From Hydrolagus colliei (taxonomy: Eukaryota): a stretch of 64,000 nucleotides of DNA. Below, in pieces: positions 50,369 through 62,325 of this stretch (positions are counted from its first letter, which is position 1; each line of letters opens with the position of its first letter). Made by a program: the position numbers and the translations under genes. The notes under the pieces are model-generated. The model was not told the DNA's origin. It worked only from the letters and a program-made list of their open reading frames with translations, and ran no database searches. The stretch lies in NCBI GenBank assembly GCA_035084275.1, contig CM068749.1:11284001-11348000 (forward strand), in the 5' to 3' direction.

Positions 50369-52524
50369 AATAACCTTGAGATCATCTGGGAGAATGTCAA
50401 GTAGAGCTGCTGCCAGGCTTGGATGAGCTCAGCCTTTTGCCAGAGTCAGTCAGTCAGTCAGTGGCCCTGTGAGCTTTCATTGTCTGTTGGCAATCCACTC
50501 ACCCTATATCTTCCCCTAGCTTGATGTTGTCCGATCCTCTCAGTGACGGGCTTCCCACATGCTCTGAAAGTAGTCTGATTGCACTGCTGATAACATGGGT
50601 TATCCTGGATCGATAACCCAGCCTCCCACCAGCATGTCCCTTGAGATTGGTTTTTGTTATTGTCCTCCAACCTAATGTGCCAGACGAGATAGAAGGACTC
50701 AGCTAATGTGTTATGATGAAGATGGTCAATAGAGACGAGGTTTCATAATGTGATATGATATGATTTTTAAATACGCCTATTTGTAGGCATGAGAATGAAT
50801 TGAGACAAGTGTCTATTATTGATCTTGACGCTCAGTGTGGTAAGCTACTTAGTCTCAGGGTCTTCCTATATGTCATGAGGGATTGTAGTCAGGAGAGCGA
50901 GAACCCTGTCTGATATCTGAAACATATTTTGTAAAGTAAAATGTCAGGAGTACTTTATAGAACAGGAACACTTCAGCATTTAATGAAGTGATTATGAATT
51001 CAGAAGCGGTATATTCTGCAGCAGTTTGAAACCATTAGCTATTTTACAGAGTTATTGTTTTCAGGGTCACTTTCATGCCTGTACTTACCAATGGGTTAAA
51101 ATTAGGATTCACTGGCATCCTGTGTCTGTGTGTGAAGGACAGACTGCGTTTCAATCTTGCTCCAACTTTCAAAATGCTGTATGTGGAGATTGATGGATGG
51201 CGTGGATAAAACCTATGGCTTTCATTTCACCTGAGGAAAGAACATTCAGGGCCAGAGGATCTCGGGCGAGTTTGGAAGAGTGAAGTAACTCAGTCAATGT
51301 CAAACTTGTGTGCGCAGAAATGCAACGGCACCCGTGAAGTTGGATCAAAGAGAGAATCAATCAACAGAGCAACGGGGCAAAATATTATTTTTGAAAAATA
51401 TCCCAGTAAATGACAGCCAACATAACAAAATCTAATATTACTTGTATTTGGTACAGCATCTTTCTTGTTGAATGGACACCTCAAAGCACTTCAAAGAATT
51501 CACTGTAATTTTCTGGCTCCAGAATTTGCCGTACATTCCACACATTGGTTGTGACGTACCGATTAACTCCCAGATGTCATATGATGCAGTGTACCTAGAT
51601 TTTCAATAGAAAATATTCCTCCTGTGATTGCTGTGTACTGCAGGTAGGAAGTAAAAGAGGAGGATTTTATTTCAATCGTGGTTCTCGGGAGTCAGATGTT
51701 GCCCAACGGGGTGAGGGTGAGTGTGTGCAGAAAAATAAGAGTTGTAACCACTCATTAAAAGGTTGACATCTCATTCAAGGAAAGCTAATGTCTATTGTGC
51801 TTGTCAGAATCAAATGAGATGTATAACACAGCTCCTGGATTTTCAATGACATGTGTTTTCAATGACATTAGTGCCTCCAGTATTGTTCTCGACAATTGTC
51901 TCCCCTCCTCCACTTAAGGGCATTTCTCTCCTTTCTCCTCCTGGCTTACGGTCCTAAGGGCGTTTTTGCTGCCCAGTTTCTCGCCCAAGCGGACATCAGT
52001 GTGAGCAAGTGCTGGCAGACTGTCTGACACAAGGGGAAACCTCACACTGATCTGTTCTCACCCCTCATCCACTATCCAGCAAAGAGGGTTTGAAGAGCAG
52101 CTGCCTTCGGTTTTGATCTGTAGGCTGGGCAATAACCTTATCGGCCCAAATGAATAATTTATTCAAATGCGTTCATGGAAATTCACCTTGGTTCCAATTG
52201 GCCTCATTAGCAACTCAGGTTCAAAGTATGCGCCGATCAATTTGCCTGCCAGTCCGACCTGATCAATCTATGATTTCCTGGTGCAAATACTGCCGAGTTT
52301 CATCCAAAAGTTATAAGTCTATTCACTTTACAGTATATTCTGTAAAGTGCTTTGAGACGTCTCAATTACGTGGAGTCCTGTAGCTCACTTGTAGCTTAAT
52401 TGTTAGTAGTGAAATTCTGCCCAAATCAAATCACTTTACACCTTTGGGTGACCAGTTACCTGATGCTCTTCAACACTGGTCCAGAGCCACAAGAGTGAGA
52501 CTGAAGAGCCTGGTTCAATTGATT

Positions 52525-52820
52525 GCATGCTTGTCCCTGAGTCAGAAGGTTGTAGGTTAAGTCCCACTAGAGCTCATAGTCTAGGGTGACACTTCAATTC
52601 AGTATTGGGTTTAGCTGCATTGTTAGAAGTGCCATCCTTTGGATGACACATTAAGCTGATCTCGCAAATACTTGTTCAGATAGGCATTAAAGGTCCCTTG
52701 GCATTATTCATGAAGAGAAGGGAGGTTATGCCAGTATCCTAGCCAATAATTCATCAAATACACACAGTATTTGAGACCCAATGATACCATAAGACATTAT
52801 ATAAAAGGCAAAGCATTATT
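52525..52820 (+). mobile_element. SINE family B (Deu-like)
   Basis: ctgagtcagaaggttgtaggttaagtccc...gaagtgccatcctttggatgacacattaag...attaaaggtcccttggcattattc. Confidence 0.75.
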
Positions 52821-55399
52821 ACTTTAAAAAATCAGATTATAAATTAGGTGGAGGAACTGAAGAGTTAAAGAGGGTCATAAGAACCTAAGTAAATTATATT
52901 CATACATGTACAATATTTTTATAATAATGAGCAGATATGCGGCATTCTCTTGTAGATTCCTGACTTTGAAATTGCTTAATTTGCACTAACACATGTAGGT
53001 TGGATCTCATTCCTTACAGCGTTGGCTGGGACTGTCTAGTTTAATTGCATTTTGGAACTCTCCAGTGCTTCAAATATCAAAGGCGGCTGACTCCAGTCAC
53101 TGGGTTTGATAACCTTTATTGAGAAATTGGCTAACTAAATGATAGGAAAATGTTTTATATGCTTTTGGATAATTCATTTCAGCTGCTATTATTTTTCTCC
53201 CCCAGTATTCATTTCATAAATGTATTTAACCCATTGAGCATCAGAATTTTCTTAGGTACTCTGTACCTTCTAATATGTAAGATTTATTATGATATAAAGT
53301 GCTGATGTTTCACTGTGCTCTTCAGCAACATATTGCACAATGTGCCCTTCTTGTGTAGTATATACTTTGGCAGCTCATAATGGGTTTAGAGCAGCCTCCA
53401 GTAATCAAAGACAAAAACACATTCCAATGCTCTTGTTAAAATGAGTTACATTCAGTTGATACGGGTTCGCAATAGCACACTAGAAAATTAAGTCACAAAT
53501 TTCCCTCTGAACTACGCTTACTGACAGGTTAAAATTGAGTTTTAAATAAGTGTCATGGGATGGTCTCTGCTATCTAACCTCTGCAGGTGGTGTGACACTG
53601 CTGTTATTTTCTGTGGTCTGGGTTAGTATCCTGACCAATTTTTTTTTCAAATTGAAAATGCCCAATATCAACGTGTGTCAGGTAGGCATCAAATCCCCGG
53701 AAACTAGTATCACTTCATTATTCTCTTTGATTGACGTTTCTCTCCATCCTCTTGCAATTTGGAACAAGAACATTTTATCTTTGGCTGCTCGGTGCTGTGA
53801 AACAGTGAAGGACTGTGTGGGTCTAGAAGGCTGGAAGGCTGCAGGATCGCCTCCAGGTCTATGTTGAACCAGTTAAAGTTCCAGTGAGGATCATATGGTT
53901 GTGATAGTCTGTCGATAGTCACTGCCTCGCTTCATGTAGGAACAATAGCTTATTGCATGAAGAATCAAAAGCTGCTGGAGACACAGAGAACCAAACAGCC
54001 AACAGGAATCAGTGGGGAAGGAGGGAAAAAACGAGACAGGAATTTTCCCTGGTAATCTGCCCAATGATCCTCCTGCTAACATTGATCATTCACCTTCTGG
54101 CTGTATGTGGGACATTGCTGTGCTAACATTAGCTACTACAAACACACAGTCACTATACTTAACAGTAATTACTGCGGAGCACTTTGGGACATTTTTGACG
54201 TTGCTGATGCAAGATCAGATGTTAAGAAATTGTGAACACAGCTTGAGATACAAACATGAAGTCAAGTGAACATCTCAATATTTTTGTTGAGCAACGTACA
54301 GTTTGACTCTAGGAATTGGCGGGTTTGCAGCAACGCACTGTGAAATATTCAAAGTGGTTGATGTTTTTATTTTTCCTTTGATCTTCCTTCCTCAATCAGT
54401 GTGCAGGAAGCTGTAGGCAGCATGTAACCCCTGTAGACTGCTAGGAAGTTTGGAATGTACAGAGGCAGGAGACCATGTACTATACTCATATTGATCCAAT
54501 TCACCTTTTACATTGCTGTTATGGACTCGCGCTTCAGCAGTCATTGGTGCTGCGGCACTTCATGTTCTAAAATCTCTCCGTGCCCCTCAAAAAACAAGCC
54601 TTCCTAACCTCTCCATTTGCTTCCCCGCTGATATTCTCCTTAAATTAGAGTGTGATTTTGTAGGCTTCGCCATAGTTCAGAGTCAATGGAGACGTAATAA
54701 TATGTTACATATTACACTATCCACTTGGCTCAGGAACTGGACTGCCAAGACCGCCATAGAGGGCTGGCTCGATTCCGATAATCGATTGCCAGGCATGTCA
54801 CATTGGAGCTCCAAGGAGGCCCTGCTTACCTAACCCTACCCACACCTACCCCTCAAACAAGTGTGGTTTTGAGTCCTCACTAGGTGAACGGCAAGTACAA
54901 AGAACTCTCTGCGAGCAATACAATTTAACATAAAATGCAGGAGATCATCGCCATCATCTTCCTGGCCACACTCAGGCACGCATCCCTTCCCGCTGAGCGA
55001 TGATTCTGCCAATTGGAGGAGTGGAGTTTAAGGAGCATCTGCTTGCCTCTCTGCGGGCCAATCATGGCAGGTTCCAGCCACTGGACCTATGAACGTGTTT
55101 TCATCAACTTGGATTCCCAAGTAACATCTTCCAGCAGCTGTCGCCCCAAGTGACAGAGTTTCCTCGTCAGCTATCTGGCGGGAATCAGCCTTCAGTGTGG
55201 TGGGAGGATATTTACAGGACAGCTAGTGACGTGCTAGTCACGTTCATGTTCTTGAGGTCCAACGCTGCAAACAAGGTTTACTCAGCACCAACTGCTCAAT
55301 CCAGGTCCTCATGTGAGAAGCCTTGGAAAATAGACATGCCTGCTGTGAAGCCACCTCCGCCTCCTCCTTTGGATTTATACAACTGAGTTAACTCGTATT

Positions 55400-55500
55400 T
55401 CACTCACAAAAATACACTGTAATAAACACTTCACAGTATATTTTGTGAAGTGGTTTGAGATATCTTTAGGATGTGATAAAGCGGTATATCAAATGCAAGG
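55400..55500 (+). mobile_element. SINE 3' tail fragment
   Basis: cacttcacagtatattttgtgaagtggtttgagat...tatatcaaatgcaagg. Confidence 0.7.
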
Positions 55501-55879
55501 GTGTTGCCTAGAAAAATCTGTACTGTTTTGAGAGAAAAAGGTGGTGCTTTGTTGGTGCAAAATTTATATACTTAACCTTTTTTGGAAGGTGAGGAGCAAT
55601 GCAAACATTCTCTCAGAACAGGGAATAAATAACCCACAGCCTGCTAACCCGCTTTGTCTTTGTTCAAAGGATGTGCTACTGAAAGCATGTTATCACCAGA
55701 GAGACAGAGCAGATAATTAGAGTCTATTATTTGCCTCTTATTATTGCAGCACTGCAGGTATCGAGCACTCAAACCAGCAAGATAATGTCAAACTGCTCGT
55801 CTCTTTGAGTTCGGTTCAGAGGCGCAAGATTCTCCTGCAACTAGTTTTTACCTCTTGCCTTTTAAAATTTATTTCAACC

Positions 55880-56270
55880 CATTGCGGTGCTGGGGATGTG
55901 TTGCATTGTCGAAGGTGCCATTCTGCAGATTAGAAGTTAAACCATTGTCCCCTGTCTGCTTGTTCAGGCGTTAAAGATCTCATGGCACTATGCCAAAAGA
56001 TAATCAGAGATTTGGTGTGTGTGATCCAGCTATTAAGAAAGAACTCTCTTTTTATTCAGCTTTATCACGTTGATTTTTTTCAAGTAAATTCACAAACATA
56101 GTTTAACCCCCCCCAAGCAGGCACAAGGTCAAAGACCAATTGATTTGGTGGATTGTTGGCAATGCAAGGCAGGGGAGACAAATCTCATTTTGAATAGAGT
56201 TGTGAGCTTTTCAACATCCACTGAAAAAGACAGGTGGGAACCTTGGTTTAAAGGATGGCACCTCTGACAA
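55880..56270. mobile_element. Two Deu-like core fragments in inverted orientation (+ 55880-55995; - 56120-56270)
   Basis: gaaggtgccattctgcagattagaagttaaacc...gttaaagatctcatggcact versus caacatccactg...ccttggtttaaaggatggcacctctgacaa. Confidence 0.6.
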
Positions 56271-56555
56271 AGACATCATGAATCTTCTTCTGATGGCCCT
56301 TACCAACAAGGGGCAGAGATGCTGTTCATTATCCAGTTTGAAACAGGAATAGATGTTGAGTTATATTCCAGTTGACTCAGCTATATTAGAATTAGGATTC
56401 CAGTCATGATGAACAGATTACTAAACGTGACTGTAATCCACTCCAGGCCAGCAATGTGATTTCAAACACATTTTTCAAATGTCGGCATCCCATCTGGATA
56501 ATCTACAGGTTATTAAAACTGCAAATGACTCAACCTTTATGTTTTTGCTTGATTT

Positions 56556-56914
56556 AATATTACTCCTTGCATTTGATTTAGCACCTTAGCTTTAAGATGT
56601 CTTCGAGACATCTTAAAGCGCTTCACAGAATACACTGTAAACTGAATTGACTGTATATTTGGGGGTGAAACACGGCAGCCAATTGCGCACAGCAGTGTCC
56701 CACAAACAGTTGTGGATTGAGTAACCAAATTATTATTATTTTTTGAATGGATTATTTCTCCTGGAAAAGTGATCCACCAATCGTCTAATAACCAGATTCC
56801 TACCTACTGCAAGATAAACAGGCGTGTTGTGTAAGGAAACTTGCCCACGGTCAGGAATTGAAACCAGGTCCTCTCAAATGCGAGGCGAGTCCTCCACCAC
56901 TAAACTGCAGGACT
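56556..56914 (-). mobile_element. Full-length SINE family A with an internal insertion of about 60 bp
   Basis: Colinear with 7735-8038 except for extra sequence at about 56757-56818. Confidence 0.85.
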
Positions 56915-57197
56915 TTAATCCATTTTAATGCTCTCACATCGGAAATGTAATAACCATTCTTACTTTAAGAATTGGAAAAATAATAAATTTCAAGGATAAC
57001 ATTTCAAGGATCTTCTAAAGAATTGCTTTAAAAGACGTGAATATTTTATGATCATGTTATCGGCTGAATTAAAGGCTAATATGATCAGAGGGGTTGTATT
57101 TGAAAAATCTGATCAAAAGTGTTATGTGAGTTGATATATATACTATTTTATTTTCTCTCAGCATCCATACATGACTACCCAGTATGGAGGGTGCTGT

Positions 57198-57345
57198 ATA
57201 ATAATAATAATAATAATAATAATACTTCTTGCATTTGATATAGCGCTTTTCAAATCTTCTAAGACATCTCAAAGTGCTTCACAGAATATACTGTAAAGTG
57301 AACTGACTGTATATTTGTGGACAAAACATGGCAGCCAGTATCCCA
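57198..57345 (-). mobile_element. SINE family A 3' fragment with an expanded (AAT)n tail
   Basis: About eight AAT units followed by cttgcatttgatatagcgcttttcaaatcttctaagacatctcaaagtgcttcacag. Confidence 0.85.
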
Positions 57346-57978
57346 CAAAGGTAGTCAACAATCCAAGTCATAGTTATTGATGCACTGGTCCAAGCAAAAT
57401 GAACATTAGCTTTCAAGAGTGACCAGATATCTAAAAGGGTGTAATTTGTAGGGTGATGCAGGAGGGGTGGGGAGTCAAATAAATGAAACTGACCGACTGA
57501 CCTTCTATGTTGGAAATATGCACAGTTCTCGCACTCTGTGCTAGCTGTGGGGTTGATTAGAAATCTCATTGGAAAAACATTATTTTAAAAAAATGTATTA
57601 TTCATTTCAACCCTGAGCATTGAGAGTTTCTTTTTTTGGCAGCTGGAATTACAAGTGAAAGCGGACAAAACTCCAATAAACATCTTAGCGTTGGGGAGAA
57701 AGGCTCCTTCTGAGACTGATTCCAAGGTCCATCACCAGTCAGGCTTTGTTCTCTGACACCTGGAGTACAGTTTGTCAATAGCAAATGGCAGTCGAGCTGT
57801 CTGCATAGTATTTGACAAGTGACAGTTTGTTCCTTTGTTCGTGTCATCGTGCTCTGCATTTCGAGCTCCAGTCTCTGAGGAGCTGCCATTCTCTTCCATT
57901 AATCTGTGCGACGTGATGTTTGAAGTGATGTGATGACCAGTCCTCCTGAGCTACTTACTTTCTGTTCATGTCTCCTAG

Positions 57979-58087
57979 GATATTCTATGTGTCCCACGAT
58001 TCGCAAGATCTAAAAATCTTCAGCTATATCGCCAGGGACGGCGCCAGCAACGTTTTCAGATGCAACGTCTTCAAATCTAAGAAGAAG
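57979..58087 (+). CDS. NOS1AP: NOS1AP internal coding exon, human exon 5 equivalent: (R)[36 protein letters not shown]
   Basis: 109 nt, phase 2/0. Acceptor tgtctcctag|, donor gaag|gtaaat. Its first G completes the split AG|G Arg codon from the previous exon. Confidence 0.96.
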
Positions 58088-58104
58088 GTAAATGTTTGTA
58101 AACA

Positions 58105-58370
58105 GTAATCATACAATTCTTGTATTTTGTATCACACGTTATCACGTCGTCGAGATGTCTCCAAGTGCTTTGCTGGGTAAACTGCAAAGCGCATTGACTG
58201 TGTTTTGTAGGCGAATGAAGCAGTCAATTTTGCCCACAGCATTATCCCCCAAACAGCTATGAAGTGAGTGACCAATTTTATTTGCGGGATTATTGCCGAG
58301 GACTTATTAGCGTCCATCTGAGCAGGCCTTGGTATAACATCTCATCCAAAGTACAGCACCTCCAACAACA
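58105..58370 (-). mobile_element. SINE family B starting about 20 bp downstream of the exon-5 donor
   Basis: cttgtattttgtatcacacgttatcacgtcgtcgagatgtctccaagtgcttt...ccttggtataacatctcatccaaagtacagcacctccaacaa. Confidence 0.75.
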
Positions 58371-59781
58371 TAGTATAAGAGTTCCAAATCCCGTTACATC
58401 AAATCTAAAGGTTATTTAAGGATTTTGTTTAACGCAAGGCTTTGGATTCCAAACAAACTTGACCTACCACCCTATCCATTTTACTTGAAAGGAATTATCA
58501 AAAAGCATTTAGTTAGAATTGTTTTAAAAGACACATTAAAAATAATTGGCCCTCCTCTCCTTGACAAAGCCATCTCAGACGAGTTGATTAACCTCTCGAA
58601 CTACAGATAGAATTATCTTTCACAAACTAGCATCTGAATCATACCCATTAAACTGCAGGCTCTCTTTTAACTGTGGCACATTTCACCAGAGATATTTAGA
58701 CTAACCCTCACTTAAACTGCTGGCAGATGAGAGGGGGGCAGGGATGGAGAAAGAAAGAAAAAGAATATTTCTCATCGGTCGATAAATATTGACATATAAC
58801 ACAACACAGCTGAGATTGGAAATCTAATTTCCACATTATTTAGACATAGCGAGAAATATAATTCCACGGCTGCAGGAAGATGAGTTGTGGTGTTGAAATA
58901 AATAAGGTAGCTTCTCCTTTGAGGATGTGCGCATTATTCTTGCTGAAACACTAACAACACAAAGGAGAACAAATCCTCAAGCTGTAATTAAAACCCAATG
59001 CTGGTTTAAACAATGCAGTGTTGTGTGTGGGTTAGCTGTGAAACTTAACCCTTTGTTCTTAGTACGTTTGTCCACTGAGGAACTGTTGAGTTCCTTTCAC
59101 CTGTAATCAAGCAGTTTGAGTTTTGATACGAGTATGGTGGTTTTAATTAAACCGGTTCCTCACATCTTTGTTCTTGCAACCTTCAACTAATAAAATGAGC
59201 ATCCAAAGCAGCGTCTGGCGCCGGTGGCTCAAGTTGTTAATGGGTTCTGGATTGCGTGTGAAATGGACGGAAATGCCATTATTTGATGGCCAGCATGTCA
59301 CTGATGCACAGTATCTACAAAATTATGTTTGGCTAACTGTTGCAGTCAGATGTGGCCATGTCCAACATGTGTACAGCATGATTAGTATCACTTAGAAAAA
59401 TGAATAAGATAGAAAAATATTCCGTCAGATTGCCAGGGGTTGCACTGTGTCTGAATGCTGTGACGTATAATGAAACAGCCTTTAGTTATGTATTGATGTA
59501 ACCCCCCCCACCCAATGAAAGCCTCTAGCTGTCTGATATAATGTGTGCTAATTGCTAGAAAATAGCCATCTATTCTATTCAATCTTTACTATGGAAATCC
59601 CTGTGTATAGTGTAAAGATCACACTTTTCAGTAATCAGAGCATGTTGTCTCCAAAAGTCCAAATGTCATTACAAGTGCGCAGGCGTGAATTGTGTGTGGG
59701 ACACAGCCCAATGTGTGCAACGGAGATCTTTTGTCCTCAATTAATCAAGAGTTGTGTGAGACAAAAGTAAACCAGAACATT

Positions 59782-59965
59782 TATATGATTTGATTTAATC
59801 CAGCAGTGATATGATTTGATTTAGTGCAGCCGTGATTTCATTCATCAGTGATATTTGATTTCATTCAGCAGTGGTGGAATGTGATTTCATTCAATATTGA
59901 TATGGCTTGATTCAGGAGCCCTGTGATTTGATTCGATGGTGGCATTCCATTTTCACTTCATTCAT
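59782..59965 (+). repeat. Degenerate minisatellite, unit of about 20-26 bp (tgatttcattcagcagtgata-like)
   Basis: About seven imperfect units visible by eye. Confidence 0.75.
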
Positions 59966-60433
59966 GTCCTCTGCAAAACAAATTTTGCGTAGCAGCTGGA
60001 TTCGAGGATGTATGGAATATGTTTTGACGATTATTTCCTGGTTTATGGGATAACCTCGCTAACATGAGGGAGGCAGCGTTATATAATTACGGGCACTCAT
60101 TGCTGACTGAGAGCTCCATTGCTCACTGTGACAGCTAAGGTGACAACTCTTGAAGAAAAGTCTGGGCTGCAATGGGCAATGGAAGCTGCGTTGGATGGCT
60201 ACTCCCAAACCGCAAATCATCTTTGCAAACTGCTAGGTTAGTCGGCATTTTGTTTGGGATATGTGTGGAAAGCTAATTCTTCTGCAAAATTATGTGAATC
60301 ACTCGTTAAATAGCCATCGCAAGTTGTATGTATGCCCAGCCAGCTGATTTTCCATCCCTGCCTGTTATTGCGACTGATCAGCCGGGTATTGCTGGCAAAT
60401 ACAGGGTCTTGTGTAAAATCAGCAAAAATGGAG

Positions 60434-60670
60434 CAACAACAACAACAACAACAAAATGACACTTGTACAGCACCTGTCGTTTCAGGAGGACGTCCCAAGG
60501 CGCTGGACAGTCAGTCACTGTGTCAGACTGGGGATAGGTGGTGAGGGGAGGGAAGGGTGAGTTAAGGAGTTGCCAATGGGACCATTGAAGAGGAGAGACT
60601 TGAGGCGGGATCTGAAGGATGCCAGGGAGGGGGCGAGACGGAGGGATTGCGAGATGCATCAGGGAAAACA
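60434..60670 (-). mobile_element. L2 3' fragment with a (CAA)n tail
   Basis: About six CAA units, aggaggacgtcccaaggcgctg, then a degenerate ORF2 end (SFRSRLKSLLFN on the minus strand). Confidence 0.75.
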
Positions 60671-61228
60671 CAAAAGGGTTTTGATTGGTTAACCCTAATT
60701 CTAATAGAATTTGTCAATTCAGATTGATGGCAGAAGACAGTGTAATCTGCATATAAATTGTCTATCTCATGTACAAATCGGGCCTGAAGAAATTGCTACT
60801 GGGGATTTTCTATAGTTTGATGACCTTTCACGAATGGCATATTTCATTGAAATAATCTCCTTCCTCTTCCCTTCAAAGGCAATAATGAATTGTTAAATAA
60901 CTGCAAAGATCCTGATGGTCTGACCAGTGGCCCTGAAGTCAAGGTGACAGAGACAGACTGAGTTTGACATTTCTAAATGCAGAAGGAAAACAGGAAACTG
61001 TTCCAAATCCTTAGATGAATAGAAAGACAATTCCCCTGGAAATATCTACTTGTAATTAAGTGGAGCTCACCCTGCAATATTGAGCTTTACGCTGACACAA
61101 ATATTCTGCAACCACTTCAACTCTTATTGAACTCTGCATATATTCCAAGTTATAGTCTATTCAAGTATATCCTATCATCCTGGTTGGACAAATCCCTGGG
61201 TTGTTCACTTTAATAAATGGTTAAATCT

Positions 61229-61540
61229 TAATAATAATCCTTGCATTTGATTGGGAGGGTGATTCTAAGCAAGTCAAATAAATTTTACTGTAAGGTGAAG
61301 TGAGTGCATATTTTGTTGATAAATGCAGCAGAAAATGTGCACACCGCAGTGACCCACCAACAATTTTGGAATGGATGACCAATTTTATCTGGCAGACTGT
61401 TGGGCAGGACCCTTGGACAAACTCCTTTTTTTAAAATAATTCCTTAGGATCTTTAATGCCCACTTGAACTGGTTAAGTGTATCGTCGAAGGAAGGCACCT
61501 CTGACAATGGAACATATTCCCAGCACACTCGAGTGTTGCA
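61229..61540 (-). mobile_element. SINE family B (Deu-like)
   Basis: aataataatccttgcatttgat...ggatctttaatgcccacttgaac...gaaggaaggcacctctgacaatg. Confidence 0.75.
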
Positions 61541-61989
61541 CCCTTTAGAACTGAAATGTTTCTCGTCCATTTCCACCTCGAGCTTCATTTTGTATTTCCC
61601 TGTTGCCTTTTCTTTCTTTGGGCACCTACTTTGCACATTTCAGTAAAAAAAATCACTGAAGAAAAGTGAAAAAGAATACAGACATTTTCCATGACAGACC
61701 TGTCTACTCTATTTTCTTTCAAATGTTTCCTTTTCTATTTCCTTGAAGGATATAGCCTGCAATCAAATTCAATATGAGGATTTGCTTGAGTAAATCTCAG
61801 CATTTTATAAAGCATAACTTTGAATATAGTGCTTTGAAAGTCTTTCTTACATAGCATATTAATATCGGCACTAGTTCAGTACCTGAGATACAAAACTCTT
61901 TAGATGCCTATTCTTCCTTCTGAATAACCCTCTACTGAATGCTGATTGCTACTTGTCAAGCCACCTATAGGAAGAACTTGTATTTTTAT

Positions 61990-62325
61990 ATTAATAATCC
62001 TTACATTTGACATAATGCCATTGATGACAGGAGAACATCTCAAAGCGCTTTACAGGATATGCCTTAAGAACACTATTTTATGCGGGAGAAATATGGCAGC
62101 TAATTTGTGCACAGTGATTTCTCACAAACAGCCACAAAGTGAATGACCAATTTTATCTGGGGGATTGTTGGTCAGGACAGTAGAAGAAATGCTTTTTTCT
62201 TTTCGATTTGTGCCATGGGATCTTTAACACCCACTTAAAAAGTTAGATGGGACCACACCTTAATGCCACAACCGAAGGACGGCATCTCCAACAATGCATG
62301 ACCCAAGCAATGTCAGCCTGGACAA
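61990..62325 (-). mobile_element. SINE family B (Deu-like)
   Basis: aataatccttacatttgac...gtgccatgggatctttaacacccac...ccgaaggacggcatctccaacaatgca. Confidence 0.8.

Noticed and set aside
1089-57569. Many ORFs sharing peptides such as QSIHFTVYSVK and KRYIKCKDYY
   Set aside because: They are translations of dispersed SINE tails, not a gene family or a CRISPR-like array; spacing is irregular and orientation is mixed.
60332-60544. PolyQ-containing ORF resembling the Q-rich part of NOS1AP
   Set aside because: The Q run is the (CAA)n tail of an antisense L2 element.
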